In this document: positions 38,883 through 46,465 of the stretch, one piece after another
Layout: each line of letters begins with the position of its first letter
Numbering within the stretch: position 1 is the stretch's first letter
Assembly (NCBI GenBank): GCA_049323155.1
Contig: JBMOMG010000164.1
Span: 28,358-92,357, forward strand
Length of the DNA stretch: 64,000 bases
Source: Actinomycetota bacterium
Lineage (GTDB): Bacteria; Actinomycetota; Actinomycetes; Propionibacteriales; Nocardioidaceae
Direction: 5' to 3'
Notes under the pieces: model-generated
What the model saw: only the letters and a program-made list of their open reading frames with translations
Databases searched by the model: none
Told to the model about the DNA's origin: nothing
Program-made: the position numbers and the translations under genes

Positions 38883-40672
38883 CAGGCATGCACCGATCTG
38901 ATCTGGTCACCGACGTCGATCAGGAGTTTGCGGGGAACCGCGCCAACGAGAACCTGGATGACCTCATGTTCGCTAGCCGCATCCGCGAGAGCAGCCAGAG
39001 TGCTTGTGAGGCCTCTGATCTCCGCTTCGTGTTGCGTCCCGCTCCGCAAACCTGCGGCCCAGCGGTTGAGCAGCTCGAACCGCAGAAGGTCAACCTCGAC
39101 GGCGACCGGAGGACGGCCGAGCGGACCAGGGATTCGTACAAAGATCGCCCGATTCAGCCACTCCACTGCCCGATGGAGCACGGGCTCGGGTTCTCCGGGC
39201 ACCATCTCGCTCATCCAGTGGCTTACCTGATCGACCACTTGCACGTGGCGGTTCGTCACGCTGCGCGAGACGACAGCGGCCCTCGTGCGGTGCGAAAAGA
39301 ACGCCGGATCCAGCACAAGGAAGTCAGGATTGCTCCCTACGCGATGGATGCCCTGTACCGCTTCGAGCCCCTTCAGGACGACGTCCCGGATGTCGGTCTT
39401 GCGCGCGTCAGGCGTGTTCGGCCTGACCTTGACGAAGGCGTCACCCGCACTCAGTCCGAGCCGGGCGAAGCGGTCCGACGCGTCGCTGTTGAAGAGGTCG
39501 GCGCGCCGGAGGAAGACGTAGAGGTCCCGCAAGGCCCCGGCCTCCCGCTGTGCATCTTGGGCCGTCCTGATAGGGCGGCCATCGTTGCCGGGCGTCGGCG
39601 GAAGGAATGCGACCATCGCGGCCTCAGGCTCCAGTACGTCATCGACCTGCCGGCGGGAGACTTTCCCAGGATCCAGTCGACGCAGCGCCAGAATGGCGGG
39701 CACCTGTTGGCGTTGCTGTGGCGACAGGCGATCGCCGAAGAGTGCCTGGTGATACTGGTAAGGGTGCTGCCACGACCTGTCCGCACGCGCGTTCCTATAG
39801 CGGCGGTGGACGTCGTCGCAGGTGAGTCCGCCGGTGATCGCGTGCGCGAGGGTCGACAGGGCTTGCCGGGCGGTGATCACAGATCCGGTGCGCTCGGCCG
39901 CGCTGAACAAATCACGGATCGCGCGACGGCGAGACGGACCGCTAGAGGCGTCGGATAGCGCTTCATGATTGGCCAAGATCGGACAAACGTCGCGGGCGTC
40001 GCAGCGCTTGCAGATCTGCCATGAACGCTTGTCGACAGCCCAGTTCCGAGTCGCCCAGTCGACGAGACCGTCGCCATCTCGGTCTGGAGCGACAGACTGG
40101 TAGTTGAGGTTGATCACCACGACGGCGCCGTCGCTGCTGGCGACTGCCCCCTGGGCAATCCCCGCCCCGAGTGTGTCGACCACCACCTGGGCACGCTCGG
40201 AACTGGCTGCCGACACGCACTCGCGCAACTGCCCTTCGTTCGCGCAGATGATGGCGACACCACCCTCGGGCGGCTCCATGAGGTCGATCAGGCGCTGGGC
40301 CCCAACGCTTGGGGAGAAGTCGCTCAGGTCCTTGATCATGAAGATCGGTCGTCCGGCCCCCGTGTGACCGGCCGGCTCTCTGCCTTCCTTGCCTGCCCGC
40401 TCGACTTGTGCGGCCGCTTCCAGCTTCGTCGCGCCGAGGTCTTCAAGCAGGCTCGCACAAAGGCTCGTTTTTCCGTGCCCCGCGTCGCCCGTCAGCACCA
40501 CCGTCCGGGTTGCTGATTGCTCGACCACCGCGAGCAGGAAATCGCGAGTAACGACGCGGAACGTCGGCTGGTTGTGGTCGGTCTGACGCTCGAACACCAG
40601 GTCAGCGCTGTCGGCATCGAAGGGCTGGTATCGGTGCAATCGCGCGATGTGACTGTTCACCTCGAGCGCCAT
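38882..40672 (-). CDS. dptF: DptF-like P-loop ATPase (596 aa)
   Basis: Walker A VVLTGDAGHGKTSLCASLL and a Cys cluster WQICKRCDARDVCP. First gene of the operon, with a 1-nt overlap to the next gene. Confidence 0.6.
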   Translation of the reverse strand: MALEVNSHIARLHRYQPFDADSADLVFERQTDHNQPTFRVVTRDFLLAVVEQSATRTVVLTGDAGHGKTSLCASLLEDLGATKLEAAAQVERAGKEGREPAGHTGAGRPIFMIKDLSDFSPSVGAQRLIDLMEPPEGGVAIICANEGQLRECVSAASSERAQVVVDTLGAGIAQGAVASSDGAVVVINLNYQSVAPDRDGDGLVDWATRNWAVDKRSWQICKRCDARDVCPILANHEALSDASSGPSRRRAIRDLFSAAERTGSVITARQALSTLAHAITGGLTCDDVHRRYRNARADRSWQHPYQYHQALFGDRLSPQQRQQVPAILALRRLDPGKVSRRQVDDVLEPEAAMVAFLPPTPGNDGRPIRTAQDAQREAGALRDLYVFLRRADLFNSDASDRFARLGLSAGDAFVKVRPNTPDARKTDIRDVVLKGLEAVQGIHRVGSNPDFLVLDPAFFSHRTRAAVVSRSVTNRHVQVVDQVSHWMSEMVPGEPEPVLHRAVEWLNRAIFVRIPGPLGRPPVAVEVDLLRFELLNRWAAGLRSGTQHEAEIRGLTSTLAALADAASEHEVIQVLVGAVPRKLLIDVGDQIRSVHA

Positions 40673-40764
40673 GAACCTGGATCTTCCTCCGTCGTCGAAC
40701 TACGTCGTGGCGATCGTAACGCCGCATGTGGGAGGTTTGTGTGGAGAAGCCTGGAACACAGCCG

Positions 40765-40797
40765 ATCGGGCACCGCAGGTGCCGCTCGGTGCCCGAT
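40765..40797. promoter_or_regulatory. Perfect 11-bp inverted repeat with 11-nt spacer in the divergent dptF/dcm intergenic region
   Basis: ATCGGGCACCG (40765-40775), caggtgccgct, CGGTGCCCGAT (40787-40797). A 12-bp palindrome CGACACGTGTCG lies at 40818-40829. Confidence 0.5.
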
Positions 40798-40935
40798 GGC
40801 GGTGGCGACGGGCACCACGACACGTGTCGTCGGAGGTGCGTCACAACACGCTACGGGTAGCCAGGACGCGGCCGCGTCCCGAGTAGGCTGACACCTCGGC
40901 CGGCGCACTAGGAGCGCCTGAACGGAGGGACCGGG

Positions 40936-42069
40936 ATGGCAAGCACACACCCCCTTCGAGAAGGTCGGCGCCCCGACTTCGAACTCGGAGAACGTCACCT
41001 CGTCGTCGTCGATCTCTTCGCTGGCTGCGGAGGGCTGACGCTCGGCGCAGCACAGGCCGCGCAAGCTCACGGGCTTGCAATTGACGTCCCGCTGGCCGTG
41101 GACTTCGAGCAGGCTCCCTCGGACGTCTTCAAGACAAACTTCCCAAAGGCCGTCGTTCAGGTCGCTGCGGTCGAGAGCTACTTCGACGGTGCCCTTGGCG
41201 CCGAACCGACGAAGACGGAACTCAATGTGATCGAACAGGTCGGCGCGGTCGACCTGCTCATCGGCGGGCCTCCCTGCCAAGGGCACTCCAACCTCAACAA
41301 CCACACCCGCAGAGACGACCCAAAGAACAGGTTGTACCTGCGGATGGCGCGTGCTACCGAGGTGCTGCGGCCCCGCGTCGTGGTGATCGAGAACGTGCCT
41401 GCAGTCGTGCACGACTCGCAGCAGGTGGTCACGCGAACGAGGGAACACCTGGAGGGAGTGGGGTACCACGTCGCCGCGACCCGGGTTGAGCTACTTCAGC
41501 TCGGAATCCCTCAAACGCGGCGACGTCACATCCTCCTAGCGGTGCGTTCAGACGTGCTGACCTCGGGCGTGTCAGTCGAAGACCTCCTTGAGTTCGCACC
41601 CCAGCCCACCCGCGACCTCCGATGGGCGATAGGCGACTTGGAGCACGTAAGCCCAGACCGCTGGATCGATGCGCCGTCGAAGATGAGCGCTGAGAACAAG
41701 AAGCGCATTCAATGGCTCATCGACAACGACGAGGTGAACCTGCCCAACGACCGGCGCCCCGTGTGCCACCAGGGTGACCACTCGTACGTCTCGATGTACG
41801 GCCGCCTGAACTGGAGGCAGCCCGCCCAGACCATCACGAGCGGATTCGGGAGCATGGGCCAAGGGCGATATGGCCACCCCTCACAGCCCCGCACGCTGAC
41901 ACCGCACGAAGCCGCCCGCATCCAGGGATTTCCCGACTACTTCCGTTTCGACGCTGCGGTGACCCGTACCCAACTGTCGGTCATCATCGGAAACGCCGTA
42001 CCGCCCGCCCTGACTCGCGTTCTGACGTCCCGTTTGATCGAACTCGGAATCCTCGACAACGACTCCTGA
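40936..42069 (+). CDS. dcm: DNA (cytosine-5)-methyltransferase
   Basis: All canonical motifs are present: DLFAGCGGLTLG (I), GGPPCQGHS (IV), VIENVPAV (VI), QTRRRHILLA (VIII), RTLTPHEAARIQGFPDYF (IX), IGNAVPPAL (X). Confidence 0.95.
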   Translation: MASTHPLREGRRPDFELGERHLVVVDLFAGCGGLTLGAAQAAQAHGLAIDVPLAVDFEQAPSDVFKTNFPKAVVQVAAVESYFDGALGAEPTKTELNVIEQVGAVDLLIGGPPCQGHSNLNNHTRRDDPKNRLYLRMARATEVLRPRVVVIENVPAVVHDSQQVVTRTREHLEGVGYHVAATRVELLQLGIPQTRRRHILLAVRSDVLTSGVSVEDLLEFAPQPTRDLRWAIGDLEHVSPDRWIDAPSKMSAENKKRIQWLIDNDEVNLPNDRRPVCHQGDHSYVSMYGRLNWRQPAQTITSGFGSMGQGRYGHPSQPRTLTPHEAARIQGFPDYFRFDAAVTRTQLSVIIGNAVPPALTRVLTSRLIELGILDNDS

Positions 42070-42208
42070 GTTCGCACATCTGACTTAGTGCTTGTCGCAA
42101 AGACCCGCCGAATCTTCGTCCCCATGGTGTGCGGAGCCTGAGGTGCTGCACCATGCCGTCCGCCCCGGAGGGTGATCGGATGTCGAATCCGATGCTCGGG
42201 TTCCGACC

Positions 42209-43573
42209 TCACAGCCGCCGGCTCGGGCGTCGGTTCGGCGTCAGTGGACGACAGCCGTACGGCTGGCGGTCGAGGCTCGCGCGTAGGGTCTGCCTGGATC
42301 GGTTCGCCGATACGGCCACTCCCCCAAGCTCGCGCTCCGTCTCCGCGTTGGCTATGCGCCGCGCCACGAAGTCAATGTCGCCTGACGCCGACCTCGCAGC
42401 GGGCGGCTGCGCCATCTTCCCGACTACGCGAGATACCTCCGGCCGTTCCCCTGGCTCCGCGCGGCGCCAGCGCAGAGCCACGTCGCCGTCATCGACGACA
42501 AGCAGTCTCCCTGAGGCGAGCGCCCTGCTGACGTTCCCTGCCAGGCTGGTCGCGAGGCTGGGATGCTCGGCATCGAAGTCCGCTAGCACTCCGGGCTTGA
42601 TCCGCGCTCCGGCTCGTCGTGCCTCGAGGAGCACGCGCCCGATGTCCTGGGTCTGCGCGAGCAGCGGTCGGCCCGAGGAGGGTCCGATGCTGGCGAGACG
42701 GACAGTAGCGCCGGCCAGCTCACGAAACCGTTCGTCCCTGCGACGGAACGACTCACGAAGCCGAGACAGACCGAGCGAGTCAGCGAGTTCTGCGCACGTG
42801 TTCGCGATGTCGGACTGCATGAGCGCGAAACTTCGTAGCTCCGGGACTGAGAGTTCGCTTCGGCGCAGCAGGTCATCAGCCGCTCTGACCCCGAAGACCA
42901 GGTCTTCGGACCGATGCAGCTGCACCGGACGACCTCGCACCTCGCGCCTCACGATGGTGTCGGTTGCCGGATCCAGTTCACCGGCGCGGGCGACGTACCC
43001 GATGTGCCGGGCCACGAGCCGAAGTTCCGCACTGGGCACCCGCACGGCTGTCTCCCAATCGGGGACGGCTTCCCGCACCGAGGGTTCTAACGCGCGGTCG
43101 ACCACGGTCAGGGTCTCGGCCGCGTCGGCGATGTCGGCCATGATGGTCCAGGCCTGACCTGGGTCCTGAGTCCACGCCGGCGATGAGACCGCCGTCTCGG
43201 TGGCTAGGACCGCGTGCTTGGCCGCGGCAACCCATGCCTGGCTGTACGGACTCAGGGTGTCGTCCTGCAGCACGTCGGTGAAGCGTGCGGTGTGCGTCTC
43301 GAAGGCCGGGTATTCGTCCAAGAGCTGGCTCAGCGCCACTGCTCCGCCTTGGGCGACACCGGCGAGATCCCGCGCATCCTTGCGGTCCTTGAACAGGGCT
43401 GAATGGACGTTCGCCCCGTGGGTTGCGCGTCGGCATCTCTCGCGGTGGGCGGCTAACAGCGCCGCACGGCAGGTCAGCACCACATGAAGCTCTGCCGCAG
43501 ACACGTGTACGGGATGGGTCACGAGCCAGACGAGGGCGTCGGACGACCTGGCGTGATGGTGTCCGTAGCTCAT
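42209..43573 (-). CDS. Hypothetical helical protein (454 aa)
   Basis: ORF 42209..43858 trimmed to ATG 43573 (MSYGHHHARSS...), which forms an ATGA overlap with the upstream 114-aa ORF. No recognisable motif. Confidence 0.5.
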   Translation of the reverse strand: MSYGHHHARSSDALVWLVTHPVHVSAAELHVVLTCRAALLAAHRERCRRATHGANVHSALFKDRKDARDLAGVAQGGAVALSQLLDEYPAFETHTARFTDVLQDDTLSPYSQAWVAAAKHAVLATETAVSSPAWTQDPGQAWTIMADIADAAETLTVVDRALEPSVREAVPDWETAVRVPSAELRLVARHIGYVARAGELDPATDTIVRREVRGRPVQLHRSEDLVFGVRAADDLLRRSELSVPELRSFALMQSDIANTCAELADSLGLSRLRESFRRRDERFRELAGATVRLASIGPSSGRPLLAQTQDIGRVLLEARRAGARIKPGVLADFDAEHPSLATSLAGNVSRALASGRLLVVDDGDVALRWRRAEPGERPEVSRVVGKMAQPPAARSASGDIDFVARRIANAETERELGGVAVSANRSRQTLRASLDRQPYGCRPLTPNRRPSRRL

Positions 43574-43914
43574 GAGGTTCTCGTGAGCGCCGCGGCGACG
43601 TGATCCCGGGCGAGTGCCACGCGTACCGGGTCTACGTCGTGGGCCGACAGATCGGCGAGGATCGCCGTGAGTGCGTCCTGGGTCTCGGCCAAGGCCCGCG
43701 GGACGTCGGTGATGTTGCGAGCAGCATCGGGCGGTGGCCAGAAGCCCCTCGCGGACGATTCGAGGTTGTCGAGCGCGAGGAGTACGTCGAGGTGGCGGTC
43801 TCGACTCAGAACCGTGTGGCCGATCTCGGCGAGTTCGGCCAGCACGCTGCGGGCGCACTGGACCTCAGGGGTCAGGGGCGCGTCATATGAAGTCATGGGT
43901 CTCAGGCTGCTCAC
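43570..43914 (-). CDS. Hypothetical small protein (108-114 aa), first gene of a two-gene operon
   Basis: ORF track. Start is either GTG 43914 or ATG 43896. Coupled to the 454-aa gene. Confidence 0.4.
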   Translation of the reverse strand: MSSLRPMTSYDAPLTPEVQCARSVLAELAEIGHTVLSRDRHLDVLLALDNLESSARGFWPPPDAARNITDVPRALAETQDALTAILADLSAHDVDPVRVALARDHVAAALTRTS

Positions 43915-44018
43915 TCGGTCATCGGTGGAGAAGTGGTCGACTGATGCCCCCGCATGAGCAACGGGTGCGCAACCTTTGTGGTCCTCGGTGCATGACCTAG
44001 AGCGAGTACGTTCAGACC

Positions 44019-44588
44019 ATGACGTCCGAGGATCATCGCGAACGAGCTCGAGCGGAGTGGATCGCGTACGGCGAGCGCTCGATCTACGCCAGCCGCTGGG
44101 TCGACGTACGCCTCGTTGACGTGGAGGCCCCAGATGGCCAGCGCTTCGAGCACCACGTTCTGCGGATGCAGCGAGTCGCGGTCGCAGCTGTGCTCGATTC
44201 CTCCGGCACCAAGTTGCTGATGCTTCGACGTCATCGCTTCATCGATGACTCCTGGGGCTGGGAGGTCCCGGTCGGCATTGTCGAGCCGGAAGAGGACGCG
44301 CTCGCCACCGCGAGACGCGAGGTCGAGGAGGAGACCGGCTGGCGACCTGGCGAGCTTCGGCGGGTGGTCGAGTTCCAGCCGGCGATCGGGATAGCCGACA
44401 CGCCGCATGAGGTCTATCTCGGAGTCGGCGCCGACGAGATCGGGGAACCGACGGACATCACCGAAGCAGACGAAGTGGCCTGGGTACCGGTCGAGGATTT
44501 GCTCGGCATGGTGAACGACGGGCGCATCCGCGACGGCGCAACCCTCGTCGCCGTACTCCATCTGCTGGCCTCACGAAGCCGTACGTAG
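44019..44588 (+). CDS. Nudix hydrolase
   Basis: Nudix box GWEVPVGIVEPEEDALATARREVEEETGW. Confidence 0.85.
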   Translation: MTSEDHRERARAEWIAYGERSIYASRWVDVRLVDVEAPDGQRFEHHVLRMQRVAVAAVLDSSGTKLLMLRRHRFIDDSWGWEVPVGIVEPEEDALATARREVEEETGWRPGELRRVVEFQPAIGIADTPHEVYLGVGADEIGEPTDITEADEVAWVPVEDLLGMVNDGRIRDGATLVAVLHLLASRSRT

Positions 44589-45689
44589 GCGTTGCGCACG
44601 CGCGAGCTGCCGCCTCGATCCGACCCTGCGAGCCAGAAGCTCCGCCTGCGCGATCCGCTCATTTGCCTCCTCCTGCTCACCCCGTCGAAGCAGCGACGTC
44701 GCGAGGTCAAGACCCAGTGACGCCGACGCACGAGTGAACGAGGCGTCCATCTCTGCCTCCGCCTGGCGAAGGCGCTGCTCGGCGGCCGAGTCACCAAGGA
44801 GCGCGAGAGTGTGTCCTACCCAGCGATCAAGGTGGGTGGCGTTGAAGACCAGGTACGGCGGGCGCTCCCCCTGCAGTGCTTCGACCTGGGACTCGGCTGA
44901 GTGCAACATGGCCACTGACGACAACGAATCCCCGCCGACAGCGAGCATCTCCGCAGTCGCCGCGGCCAACCAACAGCGCATCGACGGTTGCACGCGGACC
45001 CCGGCCTGGTCCCAGACGGACTGAGCCAGCTGGGCAGCCGCAACCGACTTCGTCAGCTCCTGGAGGACGTGCGCCTGCTCCATGCGCGCGAACGCGAACA
45101 GGGCGACATCATCGGCTTGTTGCGCGGCCGCCGATGCTGCCTCGAAGAAGCGCCAGGCCTGGTCGAGAGCGCCGAGGTCAAGGGCCTGCCAGCCAGCAAG
45201 CGCCGCGGCGTCCGCAAGCTGCCAGGCCAACGGTTTGCGGGAGGTCTCGAACACAGCGTGCTTGAGGTGCCGCTCGATGTTGGCGACATGAGCTCGCATC
45301 TGCTCGAGGAGGGCGCCCGCGCCGTACTGACGATCCTGCAGACGGATCGCCTCCGTCTGCGCCCGTAGTGCACCCAGCAACGTGCCGTCTGGGGTCGGAG
45401 ATGAATTCAGTGCCGCGACCAGCTCGTCGACCGCCGGGACCACAGCGCTGTCGCTGTCGGGCTCAAAACCCAGCTCCCGGTCGTCGAGGCCGAGAGCCTC
45501 CCGTAAGAGCTGCCGGTAGAAGTCATCCGGCTTCGCGTGGTTGTTCTCCCAACGAGAAACCCGAGACTTCAACGTCTCGCGACTCGGGAGGGTGACCCCC
45601 CGCCGAGCAGCGACGCGTTCGAGCTCCCCTATCAGTCGGGTCTGTGACCAGTCCCGCTCCTGACGAGCTGCCTTGATCCGGCTGGCCAT
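44571..45689 (-). CDS. XRE-family HTH transcriptional regulator with long helical (TPR-like) C-terminal domain
   Basis: MASRIKAARQERDWSQTRLIGELERVAARRGVTLPSRETLKSRVSRWENNHAKP. The 3' end overlaps the Nudix gene by 18 nt (convergent). Confidence 0.8.
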   Translation of the reverse strand: MASRIKAARQERDWSQTRLIGELERVAARRGVTLPSRETLKSRVSRWENNHAKPDDFYRQLLREALGLDDRELGFEPDSDSAVVPAVDELVAALNSSPTPDGTLLGALRAQTEAIRLQDRQYGAGALLEQMRAHVANIERHLKHAVFETSRKPLAWQLADAAALAGWQALDLGALDQAWRFFEAASAAAQQADDVALFAFARMEQAHVLQELTKSVAAAQLAQSVWDQAGVRVQPSMRCWLAAATAEMLAVGGDSLSSVAMLHSAESQVEALQGERPPYLVFNATHLDRWVGHTLALLGDSAAEQRLRQAEAEMDASFTRASASLGLDLATSLLRRGEQEEANERIAQAELLARRVGSRRQLARAQRLRTAS

Positions 45690-45874
45690 GGCTCACCCCG
45701 TTCCAGATGTGTGGCTACAGATTGCCGCCGCACACCGACGGATTGCGGGGTTGCGGCAACTGATGACAATCCGAGCCCACTGCCGCGCTGGGCTCAACCC
45801 TGATGGGCTCTCCTGTGGACAACCGAAGGCGGACAACGACGTCCGTGCTTGAGAATCGACCGTCTGGAGGACTC

Positions 45875-46246
45875 ATGTTCACGAAGTTCGGAGACAAGTC
45901 GCAGCCGTACGAGATCGGCCAAGGAGACGTTGCGCATCCGTGCCTGTACGAGGAGTGCTCGGGGATCGCCGACATCGTCGTGCGCGGACCCAAGCGCAGC
46001 GAGCTTCCCATCTGCCAACAGCACTGGGAGTACCTCAACCGGCGTACCCGAGGCGGCCTCATCGAGATCGTGCGAACGCTTGACCGGCCCGCGTGCTTCC
46101 GACCCGACTGCCACGACGAGGCCATTGCCGTCATGGAGGGCCCGGAGGGTCCGGCACGACCTGTTTGCCAGCAGCACCTGGACGACCTCAGCTGGATCGA
46201 CGTACCGGAGGCGGCGCTGGTGCGTCGACCGTCCTGGCTGGCTTGA
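45875..46246 (+). CDS. Small protein with two tandem Cys/His zinc-ribbon-like repeats
   Basis: GGAGG before ATG 45875. HPCLYEECSGIADIVVRGPKRSELPICQQHWEYL and PACFRPDCHDEAIAVMEGPEGPARPVCQQHLDDL are two copies of C-x4-C ... C-x2-H. Confidence 0.5.
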   Translation: MFTKFGDKSQPYEIGQGDVAHPCLYEECSGIADIVVRGPKRSELPICQQHWEYLNRRTRGGLIEIVRTLDRPACFRPDCHDEAIAVMEGPEGPARPVCQQHLDDLSWIDVPEAALVRRPSWLA

Positions 46247-46465
46247 GTGATGGCGATGACGACGAGTATCCCCGCGGCTCCCGGGAGTCGGGTCCACCTC
46301 ACCATCGCCGACGTCTGCGCAGAGCTCGGCATCGCACGATCGACGTTCTACGACTGGCGGGCAGCCAAGAAGGCGCCCCGCTGCATCAAGCTCCCCAACG
46401 GTGACGTGCGCATCCGGCGCACCGACCTGGAGCGGTGGCTGAAGAGTCTCGAGGATGTCGCGTGA
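46247..46465 (+). CDS. xis: Excisionase / MerR-like HTH DNA-binding protein
   Basis: LTIADVCAELGIARSTFYDWRAAKKAPRCIKLPNGDVRIRRTDLERWL. Directly precedes and overlaps the integrase. Confidence 0.8.
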   Translation: MMAMTTSIPAAPGSRVHLTIADVCAELGIARSTFYDWRAAKKAPRCIKLPNGDVRIRRTDLERWLKSLEDVA

